A stretch of DNA of 64,000 nt from a candidate division WWE3 bacterium (GTDB lineage Bacteria > Patescibacteriota > WWE3 > UBA101185 > UBA10185): positions 128,593 to 192,592 of the forward strand of contig WJKK01000001.1 in assembly GCA_014729135.1 (NCBI GenBank), written 5' to 3'. The stretch's first letter is position 1, and each line of letters opens with the position of its first letter. The position numbers and the translations under genes were made by a program. Shown here piece by piece: positions 17,704 to 27,985 of the stretch. Below the pieces are notes generated by a model that searched no databases, was not told where the DNA came from, and saw nothing but the letters and a program-made list of their open reading frames with translations.

Positions 17704-18720
17704 TTAATCATAATAGCCTAAAGCAGCTAAGGCAGGCAATTTCTTACCGCTTAAAAAGTCTAACATAGCCCCTCCTCCTGTGGATACAAAATCAAAGGAG
17801 TCTAATAAGCCCAATTTATCTAGGCAGCTGACGGTATCACCTCCACCTACTACAGAACGTGCAGGAGATGCCAAGACAGCTTCTGCAATTTTTTGGCTGC
17901 CTTCTGCGTATCCTTGGTCATAGGCTCCCATAGGCCCTGCCCAAATAATAGTAGCCGCTTTTTTAATGACTTCTGAGTAGTGTTTAATGGTTAAGGGACC
18001 TATATCTAATCCGTTATGGGAGTAGTCTTGTGGATATAAAACTTTGGAATTGGCCGGGTCGCTGGAGTCTTTTTTTAACGCTCCACCAACTAGAACGTAA
18101 TCAAAGTGTTTGGCCAAAGCATAAATTGCCTCTTTTTTTGAGTTTTTTACGCCTCCTACAAGGGCAAACAGTGGTCGCGCGGAGGTATCTATTTTTAGAA
18201 GTTTTTCCATTTCTGTAATTTCTTTTTCTAAACGTAATCCTGCAAAACCGGGAAGGATCTTTGGAACCAAGGCCATAGATGTGTCGGCTCTATGACTATT
18301 ACCAAAGCTTTCATTTACATAAAAGTCTGCTTTTTTAGCTAGTTCCTTTGCAAAAGCTAGGTCCTTCCCTTTTTCTCGCGAGTCAAAACGAAGATTCTCA
18401 AGAAGTGTATAATTTTTGCTACCCAAATGCTGATTAAAAAAGGGCTCCAAATTTTTTGTGCTTAACTTGGGAGTTGTTTTTTTAGGGCGTCCCATGTGAC
18501 CCGCTATTACAGGATGAATCTCATTTTCTATAAGGAGTTTTAACGTGGGAAGAAGCACTTCTAAACGATAATCCTCCAGTATTTCTCCATTGTCGCTTAA
18601 AGGAATGTCCAGATCAGCGCGTACAAAAGCTTTGCTTCCTGGTGCTAATGTTTCTGAGGAAGTGTTTGGTGTTTTTGGAGTTGCTGAAGTGTTTTTAAAG
18701 GCCTGAGATAGGTATTTCAC
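17704..18720 (-). CDS. pgk: Phosphoglycerate kinase (short)
   Basis: GHMGRP, LLENLRF, DIGP, GGGDT, STGGGA motifs. Confidence 0.95.
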   Translation of the reverse strand: MKYLSQAFKNTSATPKTPNTSSETLAPGSKAFVRADLDIPLSDNGEILEDYRLEVLLPTLKLLIENEIHPVIAGHMGRPKKTTPKLSTKNLEPFFNQHLGSKNYTLLENLRFDSREKGKDLAFAKELAKKADFYVNESFGNSHRADTSMALVPKILPGFAGLRLEKEITEMEKLLKIDTSARPLFALVGGVKNSKKEAIYALAKHFDYVLVGGALKKDSSDPANSKVLYPQDYSHNGLDIGPLTIKHYSEVIKKAATIIWAGPMGAYDQGYAEGSQKIAEAVLASPARSVVGGGDTVSCLDKLGLLDSFDFVSTGGGAMLDFLSGKKLPALAALGYYD

Positions 18721-18795
18721 TCTTTGATTTTAGCACAAAGGGAAAGTTCTCTTTTTTGAAACAGATTGAAATAAACGTAAAGAGAACAGGATAAA

Positions 18796-20262
18796 TTAGC
18801 GCTTCTTGGGATCACCCTTAATCCAAGCACTCACCTTCTTAGGCATCTTAACTGATGTAATACAAGTAAAAATCATGATAATCGGCGTAAACACAGCAGT
18901 AAGGCCACTCTGCAACAATAAGTCGGTCATACCTCCCTGAGCCTGGGAAAGAAAGGCAATAAAAGGAAAAGCAAACGTAAGCGCCAAAACTAAAACCATA
19001 GCAAAAATGGACAAAACACCTGCGGCAATTTCCTTAAACCAATTTAGTATCATATCCTCCTTACCGGGAATAACACCCAAAGCAAAGTAAATAGGTGAAA
19101 TCACAATGTAACTTAGAAGCTTAATGTATGTAACTAAAACCTTTATAAAGGCTATCAAGGCTACCACCAGTAAAACTATGAGGAAAACTAACATGCTAAA
19201 TAGCAAGGTAAGCCCCATACCGGCATTCCAAAGCAAGCCATTAACCGAAGCTAATACACCCCAACCAATATAGGAAAAGGCACCGGAACTACTTAGATCG
19301 TTCAAAATTTCGGTACTTGCCCATGTATCAACGGCAGTATCTGCTACCAATTCCACAGGTAATACTACAGCCAACCCCATCAAGGGGCCTGTTAGGCGAA
19401 CAAGAAGCGTCCCTATGGGATAACTAAAAAAGATGAGGGCAATAGATAGAGCGATACGGGGAAGAGAATTCTGAACAGTTACTACCGCTTGGGGATTTAT
19501 CTTTTTGCGTGTCATTATCATAACCCCTACCACTAACAAAAAGATGGACATTAGACCCAAGGCTATATTGCGAGTAAGTTTCCACATAGCAAAAACCAAC
19601 TTAGCTCCTAAATAATTGTCGGGAGTACTTTGTGCGTACGCTGTATTCCTGACAACAGGAATACGCTGTGCATAATCCTTGAAAAAGTAGGCCATATTTA
19701 CAGGAATCTCTTCCCTATGCACAGTGTGTTCAAGATTAAGAACCATACCCAATAAACTACCACTTCCACTTATATCGGCGGAAGTGCCTATAGAGAAAGC
19801 CGTCTCGTTAAGAGCGCAGGCCTTGGGATCATAAGTCTTAACCATCTCGGCAGCATCTATAGCTACCTGAGTATCTTCTTCGGGAGTAGAACTATTAAGC
19901 TGAATAGACTCACACGTGTTGGGAATAAGGTCACACCCGGTACCTGCCCCTAACAAATTACCACTTTTGTCCAAATCCTTTGCTACCATAGCACAGTTGG
20001 TCAAGGTATCAGGGTTCTTTCCTGTGGTACCTAAACTGGTCATGTCTATAAGCAATCCGGAACCTGCTCCAATGGCCGTCTTTAAAATATTATTCTCACG
20101 GTATTCTCTATCAACAGCCATATGCCATAAGTGATTGGCCCCACGAAAAACGTCACCCACAGCTGCTTCTGCAGAAGGGGTAAAAAAACTTATTGAGGAA
20201 AGTGAAACCACAAAAGCAACCATCAAAGCGGGCAAATATCTTTTAATTCCCCTATTGTTCAT
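18796..20262 (-). CDS. Polytopic membrane protein, VirB6/TrbL-like
   Basis: Signal peptide, WKLTRNI motif, multiple TMs, ISPIYFALGVIPG..NWFK. Confidence 0.65.
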   Translation of the reverse strand: MNNRGIKRYLPALMVAFVVSLSSISFFTPSAEAAVGDVFRGANHLWHMAVDREYRENNILKTAIGAGSGLLIDMTSLGTTGKNPDTLTNCAMVAKDLDKSGNLLGAGTGCDLIPNTCESIQLNSSTPEEDTQVAIDAAEMVKTYDPKACALNETAFSIGTSADISGSGSLLGMVLNLEHTVHREEIPVNMAYFFKDYAQRIPVVRNTAYAQSTPDNYLGAKLVFAMWKLTRNIALGLMSIFLLVVGVMIMTRKKINPQAVVTVQNSLPRIALSIALIFFSYPIGTLLVRLTGPLMGLAVVLPVELVADTAVDTWASTEILNDLSSSGAFSYIGWGVLASVNGLLWNAGMGLTLLFSMLVFLIVLLVVALIAFIKVLVTYIKLLSYIVISPIYFALGVIPGKEDMILNWFKEIAAGVLSIFAMVLVLALTFAFPFIAFLSQAQGGMTDLLLQSGLTAVFTPIIMIFTCITSVKMPKKVSAWIKGDPKKR

Positions 20263-20383
20263 AGCAAGTCAAATTTTATACTCACAACAAGAGTCCTGTC
20301 AAGAAAAACAAAAACGTAAAAAATCTGCAAATTAAAATAAAAAACTTTAAAAAGCCACCTTTTAAAGATAGAATAGTCTTGTT

Positions 20384-23300
20384 ATGCCAAAACCAGTAGG
20401 ATACAGCGGATATTATCCCGGCGATGAAATGATTCGCCAGCCCGGTGGAGGGCGTCCCAAACCTCCCAATGTTTACGATCTAAATGTTATTGCAGATGAA
20501 ATAGACCAATTCGGTTTTGCCCTCGAAGGGGTTCCTGAGTGGATTAAAGAGAAAATGACGGTGGGAGTACAGCAAAGTTTAAGAGCCAATGTTTTCTCCA
20601 AACCCATAAGCCCAGGAGACATGCAGGCATTTGAAGATGAAGAGCTGGAAGAAGAACTTACAGACATAACCGGACAAGCGGGACTTTCCATAAACTTAAA
20701 CCCCGTAGATATAGCTAAGGATCCTCAAAAATGGGCAAAGAAACTTGCAAAAGGGACATGGGCAGAGTTAAACCCACTGGGAGGAGACCTTGAAGCACGT
20801 AAACGTCAAGCTCTTTGGGCGGGCGCAATGGGCATAGGTAAAAATGGAGAATGGGCAACGGATGCAATTAAGCGCCAGGCCATTCGTCGAAGTGGAGAAG
20901 GCAGCTTCTTAGGTGCAGACATTAGCGACAATCCCCTTAACTTAACAACAGCTCTAGGAGAGTACGGAAAACTGGGAGAAAATGTTGCAACAAAAGCAGC
21001 CGATTTTGAAGCAAATATTAAAACGGCGCTATTTAGAGATGCAAAATTCGATGATGTTATGCGAGCCTCTCTTTCTGGCGCCAAAGCAGTAATAGCGGAC
21101 AACATAGAAACTCTTGCAGATAATGTGCATGCTGATGATGCTGTGGCTGCCATAGCATTTAGTGCAAAAGTAGATCTGGCTAAACATATGGAAGACACTG
21201 CGGAAGCTGTAGATGATGCTGTTGAAGCTATTAAACGCTTAGCGCAAGAAGACGGAGCTCTTGATAAACATGGAAAACCCATTGAACTTGATAAAGAAAT
21301 AGCCAAATTAAATCAACAGTTAGCAAAAACTGAAGCTCACATCCAATTAATGGAACAAGGAAGAGATGCTTTGAGCAGACACCAATTAGAACTTTTGGGA
21401 ATTGCTAAAGGGGGTAATTTAGTAGCGGGAAACATATATGCAAGTGATCTTTTGGATGGAGTAGGTCCTCTCTTAACTGCAGATGGCCTTAGAAGAATTC
21501 ATCCTCAAATTAACGGCTGTAGAGGAATACTAAAAAACATAAACCAGGTTGCCACCGGACACAAAGATAGAGGCAGCTCTTTTGGGCTAAGGCAACTTGC
21601 GGAGAAGCTTTCCACAACAACAGTTAATCTTACAGGAAATGGGGCAAGCCTCACATCCCTTGATTTTAACAGTCTTGAAAGATCCCTTCTTAGACAACTT
21701 TCTGATGAATTCACAAGAGGACTTATCACAGGACGGGAAGCAGCAACCCGCTTAGAAGACATCTATAGAGGCTTAAGCCCCGACGGCAAAGAATATATGC
21801 GACGCATCCGCAGATTACTTCCTACTTTAGAAAAGGATCGCCAGTTCTTTGCAGTTGATGACTTTATGGATGCAATGTATTCTGATGACCTGTTCACCAA
21901 ATTTTTATGGGCAGCTCGACTAAATCCGCGATTAAAAGCGCTAACCCCCGGATACTGGACGGGCGAATTCATGGAAAAGATGCACTACTTTGGATTGTTA
22001 GTGGATGAAGGTTCTTTATTGGATGCAAATGGAAACCCTATAAATCCTAAATTCTTCCTTTACAAATGGATGAACAAGTTTGTTATGAGCAGAGATGGCC
22101 TGGCAAACAAGTTCTCTATAGATATAGAAGGCTTTGGCTCCCATGTTGTTAGAGGGGGACATCACTTTGGTGCAGTTAAAGAATTACACACCCTGCTAAA
22201 GGGAGATAAGATAAGTCCGCAACAACTTTCCCTACTGATGAAAGCCGGCAGCGAAAGTGACATTAGAGCACTCCTTGCAGGCTTTGTGGGACCGGATGAA
22301 AAAAAATTCTTTACAGATCCGGAAAAACTGGACAGATTAGCAAAACAAGTGAAAAAGTTACGCGATTGGGTACAAAAAAATGCCCAAAGACTGGGGATAG
22401 ACATCAATAAGGGAGAAGATCTTGCAAAACTTCTTGCAGGGCTCATGAAATATGATGCTAACAAAGTTAAAAACATAGGTATTGGGATCACAAAAGCTTT
22501 TAGGGGCAAACTTCAACACTTAGTCCAAAAATTAAGCTGGCTACAAGATAAGATTTTTAAGAGTTTTGCCGGAAAAGTGGTGGGAAAGTTTTTATCATGG
22601 AAAACGGCCATTTCTACAGCGATTTCTGAAATACTCATGGATGCCGTGGTAGCTATAACGGGAGGAGTGGGCGTGTTATTTAAGCCCTTAGAAGTCCTGC
22701 TTCAGGCGGCTATTAGAATTATTCTGGACATTGGAGAGAAAGTAATCCTAAGTATACTTAAGGCAGATTTCGGCGAACTAGGAAAGTTTTTAGATAAATC
22801 ACTGATAAATGTTGCCAAATTCTTTGCACAAGTAACTGCGGTAATAGTTTTTGCTGTAGCAATACCTGCCATGATAGTGGTTACTCTGTTAAGCGGAATT
22901 CCTCCCGTAAACCATGCAAATGTAGGTGCTTTAGGAGGCGCAGGAGCAGGCGGAACCGGAGACGGTGGTGGACCCACCCCTCGAGTACTCCCCCCTATAG
23001 AAGCGGGAACCTGTTTCTTCGAAAACAATCAAGGCTTTTTAACATACCCATCCTTTGGATATAATTCCAGTACAGGAGAATATAACAACTCTTGTTCAGG
23101 ATACTATTCACCTTACTACGGCCACGGAACCTATGCCTACTCATATTGCTATAACATCCCCAATCTTTGGTTCATTAGCCAAACATCCAAAATGCTAACA
23201 GGCTGTGAAAGAGTATCGCGCTGCTCTTCCAGTGCTGCAGAAGCCACAGATTATTTTGGAATGGCTGCAGACTTTGCAAGGGATTATAATGCTCCCTCCG

Positions 23301-23620
23301 AGCTCTCCGAAGTATACCTTCCTGAATTAGGCAATCCAAATGAGGACGGGGACATTATATGGAACGTCGTGGATACCTCTTTTCATAATGGATTTGGAGC
23401 CCATGTGAACTTACGTAGAAGCGATGGAGAAAATGATTACTACATGCAAATCCTACACATAGTAGGAAACAATAATTTAACAAACGGAGCAGAACTCGAA
23501 GCCGGAACACACATAGGCAGACTTTACGATCTAAGTGGAACCAGAAATCACGTTCATATAGAATTAGAGGTGGATGGAGAAATTAGAAGACCTGATTATG
23601 TTTTTTGCACAGGAGAGTAA
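20384..23620 (+). CDS. Large membrane-anchored protein with C-terminal M23 peptidase-like domain
   Basis: Long helical region, TM, Gly linker, then H...D, GFGAHV, ILHI and HVHIE motifs. Confidence 0.7.
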   Translation: MPKPVGYSGYYPGDEMIRQPGGGRPKPPNVYDLNVIADEIDQFGFALEGVPEWIKEKMTVGVQQSLRANVFSKPISPGDMQAFEDEELEEELTDITGQAGLSINLNPVDIAKDPQKWAKKLAKGTWAELNPLGGDLEARKRQALWAGAMGIGKNGEWATDAIKRQAIRRSGEGSFLGADISDNPLNLTTALGEYGKLGENVATKAADFEANIKTALFRDAKFDDVMRASLSGAKAVIADNIETLADNVHADDAVAAIAFSAKVDLAKHMEDTAEAVDDAVEAIKRLAQEDGALDKHGKPIELDKEIAKLNQQLAKTEAHIQLMEQGRDALSRHQLELLGIAKGGNLVAGNIYASDLLDGVGPLLTADGLRRIHPQINGCRGILKNINQVATGHKDRGSSFGLRQLAEKLSTTTVNLTGNGASLTSLDFNSLERSLLRQLSDEFTRGLITGREAATRLEDIYRGLSPDGKEYMRRIRRLLPTLEKDRQFFAVDDFMDAMYSDDLFTKFLWAARLNPRLKALTPGYWTGEFMEKMHYFGLLVDEGSLLDANGNPINPKFFLYKWMNKFVMSRDGLANKFSIDIEGFGSHVVRGGHHFGAVKELHTLLKGDKISPQQLSLLMKAGSESDIRALLAGFVGPDEKKFFTDPEKLDRLAKQVKKLRDWVQKNAQRLGIDINKGEDLAKLLAGLMKYDANKVKNIGIGITKAFRGKLQHLVQKLSWLQDKIFKSFAGKVVGKFLSWKTAISTAISEILMDAVVAITGGVGVLFKPLEVLLQAAIRIILDIGEKVILSILKADFGELGKFLDKSLINVAKFFAQVTAVIVFAVAIPAMIVVTLLSGIPPVNHANVGALGGAGAGGTGDGGGPTPRVLPPIEAGTCFFENNQGFLTYPSFGYNSSTGEYNNSCSGYYSPYYGHGTYAYSYCYNIPNLWFISQTSKMLTGCERVSRCSSSAAEATDYFGMAADFARDYNAPSELSEVYLPELGNPNEDGDIIWNVVDTSFHNGFGAHVNLRRSDGENDYYMQILHIVGNNNLTNGAELEAGTHIGRLYDLSGTRNHVHIELEVDGEIRRPDYVFCTGE

Positions 23621-23636
23621 TTTAAAAAATTCTTAG

Positions 23637-24197
23637 ATGAGAAATATTAGGGAGTTACTTAAAAAATACAAAACCCCTCTTCTTATTTTGGGTGTACTTT
23701 TATTGGGGGCTCTTTTCCTCGTTATAATGGAGCTATCCGGAAAAGTTGAAGATACTCCGGTAGCCCCGGTTGTTATTCAGGAAAGGGAAAAACCAACGTA
23801 TGAGGCAAAAGTCCAAAAAACAACACCTTATGATGGAAGTACAGAGGCAAAACAAGGAGATAAAATCAAAATCCATCTGGAAGAGCCTGTGAAAGTGGAA
23901 ACAGTGGAGTATCGAGTCACTCCGGAAATCTCGCTAGCTTTTAGGACTTACGATGAAAGAAACAGAATCGTAACGATATTCCCCGATGAGGAAATCTGGA
24001 AAGAAAACGTGCCATATACAATTACAATAACTCAGCTGGAAAATGCCGAGGGGGAGGACCTTGGAAAGCCAATTGAGTACACATACATTTTTAAGCGACC
24101 CGAAAAATTTGAGGGAGGGGAAAGTTGGTTAAATGAGGAAGGTGCTGAAGAAAATAAAGATTATCAGGAAGATTTTCTGAATTCTGTTAGAAATTAA
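23637..24197 (+). CDS. Membrane-anchored Ig-like domain protein
   Basis: TM followed by TTPYDG, IFP, YTITI, G..L..P.EYTY pattern. Confidence 0.7.
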   Translation: MRNIRELLKKYKTPLLILGVLLLGALFLVIMELSGKVEDTPVAPVVIQEREKPTYEAKVQKTTPYDGSTEAKQGDKIKIHLEEPVKVETVEYRVTPEISLAFRTYDERNRIVTIFPDEEIWKENVPYTITITQLENAEGEDLGKPIEYTYIFKRPEKFEGGESWLNEEGAEENKDYQEDFLNSVRN

Positions 24198-24339
24198 AAA
24201 GACCTAAAATGCGGGGTCCCCGGGAGGAGGTACTGGAAGAGGATCTCCAGGTATGGGGTCAACGGGCTCCAAAGGACCTATAGGACCAGGAGGCGGGACC
24301 GGATCGGAAACTACAGGGGGAACTCCCGGAGTAGGACCA

Positions 24340-24744
24340 TCACTCGGAAGGGGTATTGCCTGTCCACTCTACAAGCTCCGAAATCCCCTGGCGTAAGCTG
24401 CCAAAGACACCTCCTGCATCCCCCGCATTAGTACCCAAAATACCATTCACAATAACATTAATCACAAAGACACCTATAACTATTAAAAGACCAATTACCG
24501 AAAAGGTTAAAGATTGCTTAGCTCCAGCGGTTCCTTTGGGATCCCCCTGAGCTGTTGCAAATTTGTAGGCTGAAAAGATCACCATTACTATGAAAACAGC
24601 TCCGGCAGAAAAAACCAAAACATTAAAAGCGCGTGCCAATACATCCACTATTTCCACAACAGTACCGACACTGTTTAAATCTGCCGGATTTTGGGCGTAC
24701 ACAACTGAAGCAGGTAAAAGTTTTAAAAGTGACAAATAAAGCAT
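24340..24744 (-). CDS. TrbC/VirB2-like pilin 4 (possibly frameshift-truncated)
   Basis: VYAQ, TM-FATAQGDPK..AKQSLT-TM; Pro-rich tail continues in the +1 frame. Confidence 0.8.
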   Translation of the reverse strand: MLYLSLLKLLPASVVYAQNPADLNSVGTVVEIVDVLARAFNVLVFSAGAVFIVMVIFSAYKFATAQGDPKGTAGAKQSLTFSVIGLLIVIGVFVINVIVNGILGTNAGDAGGVFGSLRQGISELVEWTGNTPSE

Positions 24745-24747
24745 GAT

Positions 24748-25065
24748 TTAAAAAGTGGGCACCGCTCCCTCCAAGTCTCCCCCGGAAACACCTAAAATAC
24801 TATTTACAATTATATATTTTAAAGCAATAGCTCCAACGGAAAGAACTAAAGCAACTATAGCATATGTAAGTGAATGCCTAGCACGCTCCATGTTGTCGGG
24901 ATTACCTCCGGCAGTTACAAAGCGAATGCCTGCTAAGCCAATGAAAATAATAGATAAAGATATACCCACACCCATGAAAAGATTAATGGCAACTCCAAAG
25001 AATTCGCCAACTGAATTGTATCCGGGATCGGGAATCCCGTTCCCGCTTACTACATACTCAAACAT
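24748..25065 (-). CDS. TrbC/VirB2-like pilin 3
   Basis: GIRFVTAGGNPDNMERARHSLTYAIV between two TMs. Confidence 0.82.
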   Translation of the reverse strand: MFEYVVSGNGIPDPGYNSVGEFFGVAINLFMGVGISLSIIFIGLAGIRFVTAGGNPDNMERARHSLTYAIVALVLSVGAIALKYIIVNSILGVSGGDLEGAVPTF

Positions 25066-25151
25066 TTGTTTTTCTTAAATCTAAAAACTTAATTCAAAAA
25101 ATTGGAAGACCAAGACCTCCAACTTAAAGTAGAACAGAACACGCAAACGAA

Positions 25152-25173
25152 CCGGGAGAATTAAATCTCCCGG
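25152..25173 (-). terminator. Hairpin downstream of pilin 2
   Basis: CCGGGAGA-attaaa-TCTCCCGG. Confidence 0.6.
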
Positions 25174-25187
25174 AACGTTACTTGAAT

Positions 25188-25544
25188 TTACTCGGTACTA
25201 CCCGCACCTGCACCATCGATCACAAGGTTGGCATCCACACTGGAAATATCAGCATCCAAAATAGAATCTAATACTATTGTCTTAACAGCCAAGGCTCCCA
25301 ATGTAATGATTAAACCAATAACTGCATTTGTTAACCAAGTTCTAGCCTCCTCTGCTGCTTTAGCATCACCTTTTGCAGTGATGTATTTAATACCTCCCAA
25401 TCCTAAAAAGATAACCGAAAGGGATACAGCCACACCCATGATCACGTTCATAGCGACTCCAAAAACAGCAGCCAAACTATCAAAACGCTCCAAAGGATTA
25501 CTTACATTAGTACCTACACCCTGAGCATATACTCTTGTTAGCAT
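25188..25544 (-). CDS. TrbC/VirB2-like pilin 2 (probable major subunit)
   Basis: Perfect SD AAGGAGGTG; VYAQ; GIKYITAKGDAKAAEEARTWLTNAVIGL. Confidence 0.85.
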   Translation of the reverse strand: MLTRVYAQGVGTNVSNPLERFDSLAAVFGVAMNVIMGVAVSLSVIFLGLGGIKYITAKGDAKAAEEARTWLTNAVIGLIITLGALAVKTIVLDSILDADISSVDANLVIDGAGAGSTE

Positions 25545-25594
25545 TCAAATACACCTCCTTTAAAAAACTGATAAACGCTAAAGCCAGCTTAAAG

Positions 25595-25972
25595 CTAAAA
25601 CGAAGTATCAAATAAACCTGTTACTACTACTCTATAAATTGCAACTGCAGAAAGCACAAAAGCTAAGCCAATTATAGCAGACGTAAGATTTTCCCGAGCA
25701 GACTGCACTTTTCGGGGGTCACCCTCACTTGTCAACATTCCATAACCGTTCACTACTATCAAAACGAGCCCTATAATTATTGCTCCCGGCAAAAGTATTC
25801 TGTAAATGGCTGCAAATAAATTCTCTATAAGGTCGGTATCCCACCACTCGTCATCGGCTAACACAACTCCTCCGGTGAAAAAAGCAACGTATAAAAAAAC
25901 AAAGGCCTTCTTAAACAGAGTCACACCGCGAGTCAAACTGGGTAAAAATTTCCTTTGATATAATTTAAACAT
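25595..25972 (-). CDS. TrbC/VirB2-like pilin 1
   Basis: GYGMLTSEGDPRKVQSARENLTSAIIGL; start uncertain. Confidence 0.8.
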   Translation of the reverse strand: MFKLYQRKFLPSLTRGVTLFKKAFVFLYVAFFTGGVVLADDEWWDTDLIENLFAAIYRILLPGAIIIGLVLIVVNGYGMLTSEGDPRKVQSARENLTSAIIGLAFVLSAVAIYRVVVTGLFDTSF

Positions 25973-26081
25973 GTCTGCCTTAGATTATCCTTATAAGAGA
26001 ACGTTACGTCAAGAAACTAAAAAGGGAATTAAAAAAAGTGAAAAGTCCCTAGGGACAAATCCTTTGATAACAAGGTTCAAT

Positions 26082-27908
26082 GTGAAAAAAGTGACAGCAA
26101 AAACAGCACTTACAATAACTTTAACGCTTCTATTAGGCCTCAGTTTAGTCTTCACTTTAAACATTCCCACCTTTGCAAAAGACTGCGATGATATTTCAGA
26201 TCTCGATGATCGCGCAGCCTGCTACGAAGAAAAAAAGGAAGAAAAGGAAGAAGAAGCATCTTCAATTAAAGATAGCCTTGAAAACCTCCGAGAAAAAATA
26301 GGGGAACTTTCGGGAAAAATCACAAATTTGGCATCTCAAATTAACATCACTCAAGGCGAAATAAATTCCCTACAAGCAACCATTAACGAATTGGAAAAAG
26401 AAATTGAGGAGATTAACAAAAATCTTAAAGATCGCCGAACAACTATGGCAGAAAAGGAAAAGCTTCGAAACACCACATTACGCAACCTTTCCAAGAAAAA
26501 CGTGCTTACTAAATGGGAAAAGTTTATAGGGGGTTCTGATGATTTAGCCAGCTTAAACGGCTTTGAGTACGCTACTTTTAACTATATTTTTGATCGTGCC
26601 TTAAGTAAAAATGCTTTAAATTGGATTAAGGTTTTAAATGAAGAGATTCAAAGTTTTGAGGCAGATAAAGCGGAAGCGTTGGAATTGAAAAATGAAATTG
26701 CTCAGGAGCAGACCAACTTAATTGCTGTCAAAACTCAAATGGATAGGCAAAAGGCGGAAGCAGAAAATGTTAAAGGGGCGTTAGATGAGGAGAAGGAGGA
26801 AAAGACAGAAAAATTGCTGTCACTGGAAGAAGAAATTGCCAAGCTTTCTGAAAAACAGCAAGCCATTTTGTCACAAAAGTACGGAAGTGGCTATGTAAGT
26901 GGTTATGAATCTGCAGAATATAAATTACCTGACTGCCCTTTTGATAAAGGGTTTGCCGTCATGAGCTATGGTGCTTTCACACACTACAAGGGAATGAGCC
27001 AATATGGTGCTAAAGGCCGCGCTAAAGATGGCCAAGAGTATAAAGAAATTATTAAGTTTTATTACGGCGAAGATGTAAAAGAAAAAGATGATTTTCCTGA
27101 TGAAGTTTGCGTTCAAAATTACGGAGACATGGACTTCCAGGAGTATTTGTACGGCCTGGCAGAAATGCATGACTCCTGGCCGGAGGATGCCTTAAAAGCC
27201 CAAGCTATTGCAGCACGCTCTTATGCTTACCGATATGTTAAGGCCGGGAAATGTATCTGCACAAGCCAAAGCTGCCAAGTCTTTTTAAAAAGCAAAAGCG
27301 ACAACCCCCCAGGCGACTGGAAAGATGCCGTTGATGACACCAAAGATAAAATTATAGGCGGAAGCACGGATGCCTCCGGATACGGATGGTACTCCTCTAC
27401 AGCGGGAGGATACATTGAAAACCGTGGATGGGACTCTGATGGAAATTGGCCCGGAAACGCCTACGAAAAAAAAGCTGAATCCCCATGGTTTTACAAAGCC
27501 TGGCACACCCAAAGTTATCACAGCAACTCCAGTACGTGCGGGCGATCAACTCCTTGGTTAGATGAAGAAGAATTGGTTGACATACTTAATGCCTGGGTGG
27601 TGTGGCGCAAAGGAGACGATGGGGATAAAGACAACATCTCCCCCGTAACTACAAGCTGTTGGGGAGGCGATCCTTACTCTATGGATAAAATGCGAGAAAA
27701 AGCAGGCGATTACGGAGAAAAATACACGAGCATATCCAAAGTGCATACACCTTCTTTTGCGTCCGGCAGAACAACAGAAATCTGCTTTGAAACAAATCGG
27801 GGTAAAAAATGCCTCGATGGAGAGGAGTTTAAAACTGTCTTTAACTTGAGGGCTCCGGGATATGTAGCCATTCGTTCACGCTTGTTTGATATTGAGATGG
27901 ATGACTAA
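26082..27908 (+). CDS. Secreted coiled-coil protein with SpoIID/LytB domain
   Basis: Signal peptide from GTG 26082, coiled coil, GMSQYGA, ALKAQAIAARSYA, CQVF motifs. Confidence 0.88.
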   Translation: MKKVTAKTALTITLTLLLGLSLVFTLNIPTFAKDCDDISDLDDRAACYEEKKEEKEEEASSIKDSLENLREKIGELSGKITNLASQINITQGEINSLQATINELEKEIEEINKNLKDRRTTMAEKEKLRNTTLRNLSKKNVLTKWEKFIGGSDDLASLNGFEYATFNYIFDRALSKNALNWIKVLNEEIQSFEADKAEALELKNEIAQEQTNLIAVKTQMDRQKAEAENVKGALDEEKEEKTEKLLSLEEEIAKLSEKQQAILSQKYGSGYVSGYESAEYKLPDCPFDKGFAVMSYGAFTHYKGMSQYGAKGRAKDGQEYKEIIKFYYGEDVKEKDDFPDEVCVQNYGDMDFQEYLYGLAEMHDSWPEDALKAQAIAARSYAYRYVKAGKCICTSQSCQVFLKSKSDNPPGDWKDAVDDTKDKIIGGSTDASGYGWYSSTAGGYIENRGWDSDGNWPGNAYEKKAESPWFYKAWHTQSYHSNSSTCGRSTPWLDEEELVDILNAWVVWRKGDDGDKDNISPVTTSCWGGDPYSMDKMREKAGDYGEKYTSISKVHTPSFASGRTTEICFETNRGKKCLDGEEFKTVFNLRAPGYVAIRSRLFDIEMDD

Positions 27909-27985
27909 TTAAAACGGTCTAGAAACTCCACAAAAACCAACGCCTTCCTACAAAATCAAAATTCAATGTGGCAAAATAAAATAAC

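Noticed and set aside
24340-24342. TGA recoding (genetic code 25 or 4)
   Set aside because: Readthrough gives a nondescript peptide, and TGA ends smpB, vapB, vapC, gatD and jag at expected positions
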